A DNA stretch of 64,000 bases from Lama guanicoe (taxonomy: Eukaryota), in the NCBI GenBank assembly GCA_013239625.1, contig MU055864.1:1826307-1890306 (forward strand). Direction: 5' to 3'. Position numbers and translations under genes: made by a program. The notes beneath the pieces are model-generated. The model made no database searches and was not told where the DNA came from. It was given only the letters and a program-made list of their open reading frames with translations. Positions 12,233-25,908 of this stretch are shown here, piece after piece; the stretch's first letter is position 1, and the number at the start of each line of letters is the position of its first letter.

Positions 12233-14282
12233 AGGACCTGCTCTCTTCACAGGGTACGACCATTTTTGATCCATTTTTACCAAAACATCACTGAAAATTT
12301 AAGCAGCCAAGATACTTAAATTTGTGAAAATCTTTTCTGTTTTCTATTATTCCGTATGAAACGCATAGCAAGCAATATCCAGATGTTTTCTGCACTGGTC
12401 CTTCCCGATGAGGACTCGAGGGCTGGCACAGCTCACCCCGGGACAGGGGAGGTGACTGGGTTGACGTCCATTCTCTGTAGCAGATGCTCTATTAACAGCA
12501 CCTGGTGCCCCGGCTCAGGGCAGGAGGCATCCTGATTGCCCTGATCACATCTCCTAGCTCAGAGATTAAAACTCTTATTTATATTACGGTCCAAGACCCA
12601 TCCAGAAGCAGTATTCCCTGTGTTTCCTTTACAGATATTATAAAATCAATCAACTCTAGTTTTTGCAACAAGAAGGAAACTTTATTAAGAATTTTCAGAG
12701 ATTCTTGTCCAGCATGTGCCTAAAACATTGACCCATCTTATCTAAGAACAAGAGACAACAGGCAGAGTGTTAATCCTAAGTACCTTTTCTCGGAAAGGAA
12801 ATTGATTACCTGGTGGTTCGTGGGCATCTAAGCCTCATTAGGGGACTCTCCAGGGGCGTTTCTTAAGAAATCTGTGACAGGATTAGTGGTCACTTTTTTT
12901 CTTTTAATTATAATTATTAGGGTTATATTACACAAATAGGTAAATATAGGAAAATTTGATGTATTTTACTCTCTGTAAAAATTTGTATGTGTTTTTATTT
13001 GGGTCTTGCACACTTCTCAAATTATTTACTCTTAGGAATTTTATGGGAACTTTGTCATTAGAAATAAAGTAATTTGTTTCCATTACCTTTCCTAAACACG
13101 TATTGCTTCTTTGTAAGCCCTTAATTTCTGTATATTGATCTTTTATCAAGCCACTTTACTCAATTCGTTAATTCAAATCCATTTTCAATTGATTTTATTT
13201 TGCATTTTCTAATTATACAATCAGATTTTGCTATGACTCAACTATTTAAAAAAAAAAACAAGTTATGCAGAAAAATTTCCTCACAGCAATAGAAATTAAT
13301 CACCAGGCTCTGAGAACATCTGCTGAGGCTGATAACTTAAGCTTCTTCATCCAAGAAGAGGTGAGCAAGCCCTGGGCAGTGAGACGGATGCAACCACAGG
13401 ACGACCCCCAACGCACGACCCCTGTTTTCATTACTACCATGGATCTGTACCAACTCAAGGCATTCAATGAAGGGCATCAGTTTTTAAACCTCTGACCAAG
13501 AGATTTGATTTATATAGTCATGAATTATTTCTCTGAGATAGGAAGTTTTCATTGTAGGAAAAAATGGGTTTGAGAAAAGCCTTGTTGAAACTCATTTTTA
13601 AAATGAATATAAATTTACTATTTTTCTTTTCTATAATTAGATGAGCCTTTTAAATACTATGAGTGGTAAGTATTGAAAAAAATAATAGTCTCCCTCACAT
13701 GCCTGAGGTTTGCATGTGTTCCTGGAGAGAGAAACGCAGTCATAGACCCTCAGATGGGAAGTTGTGTGAATAATTAGAAAAGCTGGGGAAACTTCAGTGC
13801 CAGGAAATGATTAGGACTTAAGAATATGCCATCTGCACACTATGCTCTAATAGTATCATATCCAGTGGGGCTGTGTGCTTAATAGTATGAACCATGTCTC
13901 TCTGTCTCTTTTTTTGGATAAGATTCAGCCCATGTTCTCTCTCAATTTTTAGGTTTTTAAAAATATTGTACATCTGAAATTGGCCAGGGATTTGACCTCC
14001 TGCATAGAAACCAAAATATAAAAAAAAAGAATTTACGACTGTTCCCAACTGCATGAGCAGCTATTTTACTGCCAACGGGAACAGGGGGTTGTTCTGATTA
14101 TTTTCTTCAAACTCCATCCAGGCACAAGCAGGGCGTGTTCTGTCACTTGGCCAAAGAAAACTCGAAAGCCCGAGATGCTGCCTCCGAGGCACGGAGTGCT
14201 ACCCACCAGTTAACACGGGATAGTCAGTGCACACATTGCCAAACCCTCACACCTTCTAATTCTTAGTCCTTATTCTATAGAT

Positions 14283-17200
14283 GTTAGAGCGCCTCAGCAG
14301 TGAGAGATGCCCTTTGTCTCCTCCCTTCAGTCTACAACTGGTAGAACATCCATAACTCAACAAAAGTGCCTCTGCCCAACACACCAGGATGCTGGGAAAC
14401 TGCACACATCTGTACATCCGAAAGTGGGTGGACTGGAACACACAAGGGGCAGGACTGCAGCAACAGCAGAGGTGGCACCTACAAGCCCACGTCCCCAGAG
14501 AGCCTGGTAGCAGCAAGGGAGGCAGTGCATGTGACACCAGCCATCAGGCCACAGTGGCACTGCAGCCACAGGGAGCTGAACAGCAGTGGCAGTGGGGCCT
14601 GTGATCCCACCTTTCCAGCTGCAAAGGGGCCCACAGCTCTAGTCCCCCTGCCCCCAGCCACAGTGGTAGCTCCCGTGACTCCGATGAGCCCTGTCACAGC
14701 AGAGACACCTGTGACCTGGCTGCCCCCAGTCTCTTCCCTCCCCATCTATCAGCAGAGCTTGTGACCCAGAAGACCCCAGATGCGGTGGAGGCACCTGCTA
14801 TCACTGTGCCCCAGGCGGCAACGCCAGTGACACCTGCAGCAGCATGGCACCAACAACCCCAGACACAAACAGTGACAAGATTCTCAAGTACAACCAGACC
14901 CAGCTTAGGGAGGAAACGCCAAAAACTTTTGCTTAGTGCCACCTACTGTAAAAGAAAAGAAAGGCTCCCAATTACCAACTTGTTGAATCATTCTAACCAA
15001 ATTTAAAGAAAACAAAAACAAAAAAACCCCCCAAAAACCTTTACTTAAAGCAGCGAGGTGTTAGCTACTTCAAATGCACCAGCAAGAGAAACAACTCATC
15101 AAGTGCCATGAAGAACCATGGTAACATGGCATCACAAAAGGAAAATGACAGTTCTCCAGAAATCAAACTTAATGTTGCAGAATACTGTGACCTAACCGAC
15201 AGAAAATTCAAAATGGCAGTCACTAAGAAACTCAATGAGCTACAAGAAAACTCAGAAAGACAGTTCAATGAGCTCAGGAATAAAAATTAATGAAAAGAAG
15301 AAATACTTTACCAAAGAGACTGAAACTCTAAAAAAGAACCAAAGAAACTGTGGAGATAAAGAACTCAATTAATGAGATGAAGAATCCATTAAAAAGCACT
15401 GGAAATAGAGAAGACCATGTGGAAGGGAGAATTCATGAGCTTGAAGACAGAAATCTAGAAATGATACAGAAAGAAGAGGAGAGAGAATTAAGATCTAAAA
15501 TAATGAAGGATATTTACAACCTTATCAACTCTATTAGGAAGAGCAAAATGAGGATAACAGGGTTCCCAGAAGGAGAGGAGAAGTAGAAGGAAGCAGAGAG
15601 TTTATCTAAGGAAATAATAGCTGAGAACTTCCCAAACCTGGAGAAGGAACTGGATAAACAAGCCCATGAAGCTAAGAGAACGCCTCAGCACCTCAGTGCA
15701 AAAAGACCTTTTCCAAAACACATTGTATTAAAACTGTCAAAGTCAATGACAAAGAATATTAAAGGCAACCAGGGGAAAAAGGATGTAACCTGCAAAGGAA
15801 CCCCCATTAGGCTATCAGCAGATTTCTCAGCAGAAAGTTTACAGGCCAGGAGGGGGTGGAATGACATTCTCAAAATATTGAAAGATTAAAAAACTGTCAT
15901 ACAAGACTACTGTATCCAGCACAGTTATCATTCAAATATGCAGTAGAAATAAAGGCTTTCCCAGACAAGCAAAAGCTGATGGAGGTCATCAACACTAGAC
16001 TTGCCTTGAAAGAAATGTTGAAAGATGCTTTTCTAACTGAAACAAAAAGGCAAAAGTATACAAAACTTTGAGTAAGGTGATAAATGCACAGAATTAGAAA
16101 ATTGCAACTCTATGTCAGAATTAGTTGTTAAATCCTTAATTATAGCATAAAGGTTAAAGGAAAAAAAGCTATAAAAATGTCTATAGCTACTTCAATTTGG
16201 TAACCAACACAACATCAAAAGAGGTAATTTGAGATGACAAAAACATAAAAGAGGAGGAAGAAAAAGACACAATTTGTATAGTATATGAAGATAAGATGCT
16301 ATCAGCAGGGAAAAAAGATGATTTTATCTATGAGATGTTTATACAAACCTCATGGTAACCATAAAACATAAATCTAGAGAAGAGATACTAAACATAAAAA
16401 AAATAAACTGAGAAAAACATGATAGAAAACCACCAAACTAAAATGGCAGATGGAAATAGAAGGAAAAAGAAACAATGGAAATACAGAGCAACCAGGAAAC
16501 AGAAGATAAAATGGCAGTACTAATTTATCAATAATCAGCCTAGTGTAAATGAATTTAATTCACCAATCAATGGACAGAGAGTTGCTTGATGGATTAAAAA
16601 ACAAGACTCAGCTATATGCTGCCTTCAGGAGATTCATCTCAGCTCCAAAGACAAACACAGGCTCATGGTACAGGGGTGGAAGATGATACTTCAAGCAAAC
16701 GGCAGCCAAAAGAAAGTAGGTGTAGCCAACCTCATATCAGACAAAACAGATTTCAAGTCAAAGGAGGTAACAAGAACAAAGATGGACATTATATACTGAC
16801 ATAGGGGACAATTCATCAAGAAGACAACAGTTATTAACATATATGCACCAAACATAGCACTAAAACATATAAAGCAATTATTAGCAGACCTAAAAAGAGA
16901 AATTGATAGCACCACAATAATAGTAAGGTACTTTAACACCCACTTACATCAATGATTAGGTCATCCAGACAAAAAGTCAATAAAGAAACAGTAACCTTAA
17001 GTGGAACATTAGACCAAATGTACAGAAAATTCTATCCAAATGCAGCAGAATATACATTCTTTTCAAATGCACACAGTACATTCTCAAGGACAGAACACAG
17101 GTTGGGATACAAAATTAGCCTCAATAAATTTAGGAAGATTAAAATCATATCAAACATCTTTTCAATTGCAATGAAACTAGAAATCAACTACAAGAAGAAA

Positions 17201-18348
17201 GCTGAAAAAAATCACAAATATGTGGACACTAAACAGCACACTACTGAACAACTATGGGGTCAATGAAGAAGTGAAAAGAGAAATTAAAAAAATACCTGAA
17301 GACAAATGAAAATTAAAATATGATATACTGAAATCTATAGGATGCAGCCAAAGTGGTATCAAGTTTACAGCAATACAGGCCTACATCAAGAAGCAAAAAA
17401 AAAAAAAATCTCAAATAAGCAATTTAAACTTACACCTAAGGAACTAGAAAAAGAAGAATAAACAAAGATCAGCGTGGAGGTAAATAAAACAGAGACTAAA
17501 AGTGCAATAGGAAAGGTCAATGAAACCAAGGGCTAATTCTTTGGAAAGATAAACAAAATTGACAAACTTTTAGCTAGACTTGCTGAGAAAGACAGAAGGC
17601 TACAATAAAATCAGAAACAAGAGGAGGAATAAGAATAGACACCATGGAAATACAAAGGATTATAAGATAATATTATAAACAGCTATACACCAACAAATTG
17701 AACAACACAGAAGAAATGGACAAATTCTTTAAATCATACAACCTTTCAAGACTGAATTATGAAGATGCAGAAAATCTGGATAGATAGATCACTAGTATGG
17801 ATATTGAAACAGTTATCAAAAAGCCTCCCAAACACACAAGGCCAGGACCAGAGTCACAGGTTAATTCTACCAAACATTCAAAGACGTAATATCTATCTCT
17901 CTCAAACTCTTCCAAAAAATCAAAGAGTAGGGAACATGTTGTAACTCGTTTTAAGAAGCCAACATTACTCAGATACTAAAACCAGATAAGGACAACAGAA
18001 AAACGGACAATTACAGGCCAATCTCTCTGATGAACATAGATGTAAAAATCCTCAACAAAATATTAGCCAACTGACTACAATAATACGTTAAAAGGATCAC
18101 ACACCATGATCAAGTGGGTTTTATTCTAGGGGTGCAAGGATGGTTCAATATCCACAAATCAATGTGAAACATCATAGTAACAAATGATAAAATTCATAAT
18201 CATTTCAATAGAGGTAGAAAAAGCATCTGATGAGATTCAACACCCATTTATAATAAAACTCTCAATAAAATGGGTATGGAAGGTACGTACCGCAACAAAA
18301 CAAAGGCCACATGTGATAAAACCACTGCTAACATCATACTCAGTGGCA
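14283..18348 (+). mobile_element. L1 element with 5'UTR, decayed ORF1 (~15074-16070) and 5' half of ORF2 (from 16511: EN domain and start of RT), 3'-truncated
   Basis: ORF1 pieces MKNHGNMASQKENDSSP...FKMAVTKKLNELQENSERQFNELRNK and IRLSADFSAESLQARRGW; EN motifs (atatgctgccttcaggagattcatctc, NIYAPN); RT motif [21 protein letters not shown] at 18009-18071 and HHDQVGFI. Ends at TANIILSG. Many frameshifts and stops. Confidence 0.97.
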
Positions 18349-21251
18349 AGTGGGGAATAAATCCTTTCAACCCTTTTTTTCCAATGGAAAAGATAAAGGA
18401 AATGCACTTTCTTCTTGCTAGTTTTGTTTTTCAGGAGCAAAATTATTGTAATTTTGGTTTGAAATTAACTTACAAATATTCTGAAATTCAACAGAATACA
18501 CTTTTGAATTTATTTTTTAACAGTCACTTCAACTATTAGAATAAATAACTGTAGGAAACTAAAATGCTCATGAAGATTTGAATGTGACCACAGTTTCCCT
18601 TTCTAGGTGTGTAGAGTAAAAGATAAAAGTAAAATTTGAAAGTACTTTTCACCCAAAAAAAGAGAAAAACAAAGGGAGGTACCAAGCTTCATGATGCTTC
18701 TAAACCTGAGCAACTATTTGATAACCTCTTAGTCACTGTATCCCAGTTCTAAAATAAAGGCATTTATAAACAAATGAATAAAGATAAATTCATTCTCATT
18801 CCCCCAGGGTGGTTCAGACTGCTACGTTCATTAGCAGGGTTCCATTTGCCAAGTCCCTGCCTGCAGCCAGAGAAAGGACTTTCTCTGGACCTCTCAACCA
18901 ATTTTCTGTCTCATTGTTTCTGCTGTCGTCTGCTCTTACCCTGATGGCATGGAACTGGTTTCTAGGACTCCTATTTTCAGAAAAGTCTTTAAACAAGAAG
19001 GAGACATAAGTTTCCGTATCACTGAGGTCTCTCTAATGGCTTGTCAAGCCTCCTTTACGTACATGCACCTAAAAGTTTATGGGAGTGTAGAACTTTCTCA
19101 GGAAAGTTTTTCAGTTGCTGCTGGCCATGCAAACTGAACAAACACACTGCTCTAGAAACCACTTTGCCAATTTTGAAACAGAGACTCCAAATTGCTGGGC
19201 AACTTGTCCGATGGCACTGAGTGGGATATTGCACAGTCCACAAGTTTCTGACTCCAAAGTGTTCTTCTTAGACGTGTGTGCCTCCGCAAGATAAAAATGA
19301 GCTAAAAATTGTTTACCAGGAGAACCCAAACTGATAAGGAAGCTTAAAGACAGTGAGAACCTCTTTGAGACAGCATTTGAGAGCCTGTTTCAAAGACCAG
19401 GTAGAGAACTGCCATGGAAAAGAGTGGGAGTACCACTCTGAGGCGGTATTTTGGGCATGTCTGTGAACAGCAATTTCTCAGGCAGTTGGAAATAAGAGAG
19501 CAGCACTGGGCAAGTCTGGAGAGTGAGCCTAGCTTGGCATGCAAAGGGCTTGAGGGCCGGCCAAGGTATTCAAATTGTATTAGGCAATATGGAGACATCA
19601 CAGACTTTTGGTAATTTCTTATTAGAACCATGTTACAGGTTAATCTGGCATTTTCATTTGCAACAAATTGAGCAGGGATGCTAGAGTCAGGAGAACTTGG
19701 TAAAATGATCACTAAGAAAAGAAATATTGGCTCAATGTGCTCATGGTCACCTGGGAACAGAAAGTTGACCCTCATCATCAATTTACAGGGCTGTGATCCA
19801 GCCAAGAAAATCAGAAAAGAACAAAGGATCTTGGAGGAGATCATTATCCTCTTGTTTAGTCTAGAGACAGGACGGAAATAGGAATATAATGAGTAGAGAT
19901 ACTCAAGTATTTCTTGCACAATTAATGATGACATGTCTCATGTGCTCTGTTGGCAGTCACCTTTTTTCCTTCTTTTCTCTCTTTCTGTCTCTCCTCTCCC
20001 TCTCCACCTCCTCACCCTTTTTTCCTTATTTCTTGAAGTCATTCCATCACTTCTATGCATTAGAGGCTGTGCTTTGATTAGTCCCTAACTGGTAGGGAAT
20101 AAAACAGTAATAAGGCTTCTCGTTAGGATCCTCTAGCATCTCACAGGTGACAGCAGAATAAGAAAGGCATCCTGCGGACAAGTGTGCCCAAGGACTCAAA
20201 GGAGCTGGTCAGGCTGTCAGAAAGCTGGAAGAGAACGGCTGGGAAAGACTTTATAGAGGTGACAGGTGAGGAGCCAGTTCTGCTCGCCTCCCGGGAATCC
20301 TTTTTCCTGATCGCCCAAGCTCTCCTCTTTCCCAGCCCCGTCGCACATCTCCGTCAAGTGTGGGCTCTTGACCGTGTTTTCTCAAGCTGCAGAAAGGGCC
20401 CTCCACTGCTGTAAAGAGTTTGCACTAAGACAGTCCCAAGATTGAAAGACATTTAGAGAGATGTTTTTGCAAATTTCTTTCTTGATTTCCTGAGAAGTGG
20501 CTCTTAAGAGTCTTAGATTTCCTTTCATTCTCACAGTAGTGGAGAAACGGACACTGTGCTAAAAAGCTTTTTCTTGGCTCATGTATTTTTCTACCTTCTG
20601 TTTTGTTGTTGTTGTTGTCATTATTATCAGTCTTTGACTTCTAACTCTTCAATTCTAGGAGAAAGGACACTGAACTTGAAATTTTAAAAGTCCCAATTCC
20701 ATTTACCAGTTGTGTGATTTGAGCCTCAGTTTCTTCAGCTACAGAATGAGGACAAAAGACCTATCTCCTAGGATTGTAAATATCAAATGAGAAAAATGTA
20801 TCCTGTCAACTGTGCAGGATCACATTAATGCTTATTGCTTTGTAGCTGCTTTACAAAACCCCGTTTCTAACGGGCCATCTTTCTTGTGCTGTCACATATG
20901 TGTACATACGTGGGTGTATATAATATATATATATTTACATTCTCTTAAGCAAGCATCTGGTCCTTTAGGGGATAATTCTGCATCCTTCTTTGAACTATTC
21001 TGATTGAAGAACTGCTGAAGAACCAGGAATAAATCATTTAAGAGTTCAAATAGGAACCAGTGACATGAACTAAACCACAAATCAATATTATAAATCTAAT
21101 CTGCTAAACCAAATTGAAGCCAAATATTGAATCCTTTTGATTCAGCCTTGACATGATATGTATTGGAAAAGTCATTATTAATCAGTTAAGACTAGAAATA
21201 AACATTTGTGGTTTTCTAATACAACAAAGCAAGAATAACTATACCCTAGAT

Positions 21252-21412
21252 CAGTGTTGCCATGGAAAAAAAAGCCACTTGATATGTTTTGGAAAATGCA
21301 GATTCCTGGGCCCCATCCTAAATTAGAATCAGAAAAGAGACAATTGAATCTGTATTTCACTCCAAGCGCCAGGTGATCTGGTAACTGGGCAGGTGTATGA
21401 CAGAATGCACTG
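21252..21412. mobile_element. MER5-type hAT-Charlie MITE
   Basis: cagtg...cactg ends and an aaaatgcagattcctgggccccatcc...ccaggtgatct core. Confidence 0.8.
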
Positions 21413-21415
21413 TGA

Positions 21416-21629
21416 CAGCAGTTGGCCAACTAAGCCTGAGGACCAAATTCAGCGTGCTCTTTGCTTTTGCAAAAAAAGTTTTACTGAAACAGAATCACAC
21501 CCATTTGTATTTTCAGTTGCTCCTTTCAAACAACAATGGCAAAGTTGGGTAGTTTCAACAGAGCCTAAATGACCCACAAAGCCTAAAATACTTATCTGGC
21601 TTTTTATAGAAATAGTTTGCCAATCTCTA
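21416..21629 (+). mobile_element. MER58A hAT-Charlie MITE
   Basis: Collinear with the recalled MER58A consensus (gttggccaacta...aaagttttactgaaacag...acaatggcaaagttgggtagtt...ccacaaagcctaaaatac...agtttgcca). Confidence 0.88.
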
Positions 21630-22539
21630 GAGAAACATTAAAGGCAACAGGAAGGTTACTGGTTAGGAAATCAGGAGCTCTGGGTTTATGGTCCCTGTCC
21701 ACCAAAAAATCGTGGGCCTTGGGTAGGACATTCAACCTTTTCAAAACCAAAGTACGTGATCTGTGAGCATCTGAGTGTAAGTAAGGGGTAGATCTCCTAT
21801 CCTTAGGAGATCATGGAAATTAAGGTGTCATTTTTTTTAAAAAGTTTGCCAACTAAAATATCATTATCCTTTGATGTTTTGCTGAAAGTGTTATTAAACC
21901 ACAGAAACCAATGTGTAACTCACTTAATCAAAGGCTCTGAGAGATGAATATATAACACTTTGCTGAATAAAAAAGGTCAAGTGATTGGTGGAATACTTCT
22001 TTCAAAACTCGTGTATATAGGAAGAAGATAAAAAAAATTTTTCTGTGTGTGTTAAAATATTTGAGAACCACTGAATTAGATACTCTCTAAGGTCCCTTTG
22101 AATTCTAAAGTTCTGTGAACACAAGCGCACCATATGGATACTTCAAGGTAATGATGATCACTTCTCTTTTTTTTTCTTAAGGAATGAAGAGAGGGCAAAG
22201 CAGCACTGGAGCGGGAGGCTGGGAGCAAATGGTTAAAACAGAGACAAAACGGAGTTATTGGTAATTGCTGAACTGAATAAGGATAAAAGTGTCTCTTTAT
22301 TGCTTTTTTAGTCTCTTTTTAAAGCCTTTAATATGTAAATGCGCCTGATGAATTTTCAAAAGGGGAGACATAGTATATTGTATTTCCCAGACTCATATAA
22401 CCATGAAGATTCATTTTTCTGAACATCTCTCGTGACCTCTTTTCTACAGAAAACACTGCTTTAAATAATGATGATCAGTGGGCTGTTTTGTAGATTGATG
22501 AGAGAATAAAGTGAATGGGAAGAGCGATTTGGCTGAGAG

Positions 22540-22965
22540 AGCCCAGGGAGCTCCGCGGGGGGTGGGCGGGGGGTGTGCTCTCCTGAAGGGAGTGACTCTG
22601 CGCCAGGCAGCGGGGGTGGCACTGGAAGGGGGGGGGCTCTGCCATTCGGGACTTAAAGACAATGTTTTTTAAGGTCCACACTCCCCACTCCAGTCATCCT
22701 GTAAGTTACTTCGCCTGCTCACACCCTCACTTCCCAGGCTGCACTGCTGCCTTTCTGATTTTTTCGGCTTTTGAGACGATTTTGAACTTCACTTAACTGG
22801 ACTTCATCTGCCTAAGCGCACGTGCTTCGTGGTACCGGAACAGCAAACGTGGCTTACGAGCACGGTATTCCCGACAGCCCCGATCACTGTCTCAGGAAAA
22901 TACCGACAGCTGCCAAGAGTGACAAAGCAACTTCAGGTTGTGACAAAAGGTGGCAAGTAAGTGTC
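22540..22965. promoter_or_regulatory. Candidate CpG-enriched promoter/enhancer patch
   Basis: GC box GGGCGG at 22564-22569 within G-runs, E-box CACGTG at 22819-22824, ETS core CCGGAA at 22835-22840, elevated CpG, no recognisable repeat. Confidence 0.35.
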
Positions 22966-25034
22966 TTAGCCTGTGCCACCCCAGGACGCCTGGGACAGAC
23001 AAGTTAGGTCCCTGAGAAGACTCTCCTTTCTCTCATGCTTCAGGGAAGGCGTGAGTGGGGTTGTAACGGCCAGCCCCCCTTTGACTGGCACGGCCCTAGC
23101 GTGCTGACTAACTTGTGAGCCATGTCTGGACCGTCTCGTCTTCAGCAGGTCACAGAGAATCTCCCTGAGGCCACAGCTGTGGGGTGAAGGAACGTGCCAA
23201 GGCAGGAGACATGTGTGATGGCGGAGGGTGTCTGCCACCTGCTCTTGCGACACCTTGTGTCATCTGTATCTGTGAAAATCTGACACTGAGTATTTCCATC
23301 ATAAAGTGAATCACTGCTGTGGCCACCTGACCTTGAGATGTGGAAGGTTTGCTAATGTCCAGCTCACAAATGGTGGCTCCTGCTTCATTGGCACTCAGTG
23401 CCCCGTGGTTTAATAATTATTCCCTGCTAAGGCCAGAATCACGCAAGGGACAGTTTTATATTGGAGAGCAGTTTTCCACAAAGAGCACGACCCCGTGGCA
23501 GACCCCCAGGTCTCCGCACTGCAGGATTCCCAAGGGGGCTTGCCAGGGCCCCGGGGCGGCATTCTCACACATCACAGACAGCGGCAGCTCTACAGGGCTC
23601 CTGGGTAACGTGGCTCCAGGCACAGGAACGCCTTCAACACAGCCAGGACGCGCTGAAGAGTCCTCACTTGCTCACGAGTCCCCTGGAAACTGGTATCCCT
23701 CCAAGTAAATCATTTGGAATGAAAAACATTCCAAAATATGATACATAGATTTTTCCAAAATCTAAAGGAGCCCTCCCCAGATACTGAACCGCTTTCTTAG
23801 TGGTTGGAGATGCTACGCATAGCACTGTGTCCACAATCTACGTGGGAAGTCTAGATATGCAGTCACTACGAATCTCCATGCCTCTGCTCCCCCTGCGCCT
23901 CATCCCAGCCCAGGACAAGGGCGAGTCTGGGTGACTGGGGTGCTACCGCCTGCCAAGAGAGGTCACTATGCTCATCATCAAAAACCTGATCCCCGCTGCT
24001 GTCAGGGGAGCAATCCAGCTCCCAAAACCTATCTGAGGGTGTGCTGTCTACAGCCATTCCTGATTCCATGGCAGCTCGAGTAGTTAGAAAAACCAAGGCT
24101 CGAAGCAAAGGCATATGTGGTACTACTTCACTAGACAGTACGTTCCCTGAGGCAGCAGGGAGGGAGAAGTGGGGAAAGGGAAAGCCGATATAAAGATGTG
24201 CCACTGAGCTGCCACCAGTACGTGCAAATTAGTTCTCGATCTGGCAGAGTTGTCTTGTGAAACGTCGCAAAAGCCTGTCTCAAGCCCATCCATCTGGAAA
24301 GAAAAAATTATGCATTTGTTCACATTTAACCCCCGGATCCCACCTCCAGCTGGGGAAGGGTTTACACCATGGTTTTCGAACTTCCCCTACACCTTCCGGT
24401 TGCCCAAGCATGAGTGCCCATCAGGATCCCACGGCATCCGGAGCCTTGGGATCCATGTGGACAGCCACGGAGATGAGAGTGAGGCACACAGCGTGTGCAC
24501 CGTAAGTCTGCACCTGGGTGATGTCAGACGGAGCCCACTGGTGCTGGCAGCTGCAGCAGTAACTAGACCCCAAGACAGGGGTGCCTGAGCTGTCAGAGGC
24601 AGAAAGAAGCCAGTGAACATGGAGAAAGTAAAGAACAGAAAAGGGGGGAGAAATTAAACACATAGTTCAGGGGTTTTTCTTAAGAAAAAATTACAAATTA
24701 TTGAAAAATAATATACATAAGATGAAAGATGTTTCATTTTATCAGTAATGTTTTGGGCAAAGTAACCCGATAAGAATTGAATAGTTAAAGCATTAAGAAT
24801 ATTTCAGCTTTGGGACACCTGATGTGGGCAGCGCGCTAGGAAATCAACACAAAATGAATCAGCAGTAGGGATCCGGCTGAAGTGAGAGTCACTTTCATGT
24901 CGTTCTTGGACTCAGCACTATGCCCTCGGCAGAGAACAGATCCAGTCGTTGCCGTGGGAAAGTTAGACTTTACTGCTGGAACAGCATGCGTAGCACGCAG
25001 AAGGCCAACAGGATGGGGGAGCTGGGAGAGCCTG

Positions 25035-25407
25035 CATCCTGAACTGTGGTGGTTAGTAATGACCAAGAAAACCAAAGCAATGTTGGAAAAACAGAACGTT
25101 GGCGGGCTTACGCAAACCGATTTCAAGACTTACTACAAATAAAACCCTAAGTAATTAAGACAGAGCGGTTCTGGCACAAATACAGACATGTAAGATCAAA
25201 GAGGCAGAACAGCGAATCCACAGAGAGACCCACACATGGATGATCGGTGCATTTTTTTTAAGCACTAATATATTTCAAAGAGTAGGAGAGTCTACTTAAA
25301 ACACGGTGTTGGAACAACCGCACGTCGACGTAGAAAAAGTGACCCTTGACGTCGTCCTCACTCCATACATGAAAGCTGACGTAAGCGTATCACAGACCCA
25401 CAAGTGA
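25035..25407 (+). mobile_element. L1 ORF2 fragment
   Basis: KTKAMLEKQNVGGLTQTDFKTYYK matches L1 ORF2 AKAILKKNKVGGLTLPDFKTYYK; followed by tgttggaacaac (CWNN). Confidence 0.88.
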
Positions 25408-25409
25408 CA

Positions 25410-25830
25410 GCCCTGTGTCCACACCTGTCACTACTCTCCCCTCCCTGACTCCTCTCCAGCCCCGCCGGCCACCTTGGTGCCTGCGCATCTATGGTTCAAA
25501 CCACTGCCCCAGATCTCTAGCTCTTCCCATAGCTTAGTCCCTTTGCTCCGTTCAGGACTTGGCTCAACTGTCACCATTTCAGGGAGACCTTCCCAGGACA
25601 CCTAATTGAAAACTGTTTCTGTACCCTCTGTTACTCCCTGATCTCTTACTCTGCCTTGGTTTTGTTCACTGAACTTACTATTATCTGAAATTACATGTTC
25701 ATTTGTGTACTTGTTTGTTGTCTGTGTTCTCATCTAGATTTTTCTCTGGGTCTGGATTTTATCTGCCTTGATCATTTCTCTAACCCCAAGCAAAGTAGGC
25801 ATCCTATAAATATTCACTGAATTAATAAAT
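25410..25830 (+). mobile_element. L2 3' end
   Basis: ttcaggacttggctcaactgtcaccatttcagggagaccttccc...ttgtctgtgttctcatctaga...gtaggcatcctataaatattcactgaattaat. Confidence 0.8.
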
Positions 25831-25908
25831 ACCAATAAGTAAATTAGTTCTGGTGAATAACATCTTCTCCCCCTCATTGCATTATATTTAATTCACAGAA
25901 AATGAATC

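Noticed and set aside
19344-19934. Longest ORF in the track (196 aa, minus strand)
   Set aside because: No recognisable domain, composition looks random, and it partly overlaps L2-like decayed sequence.
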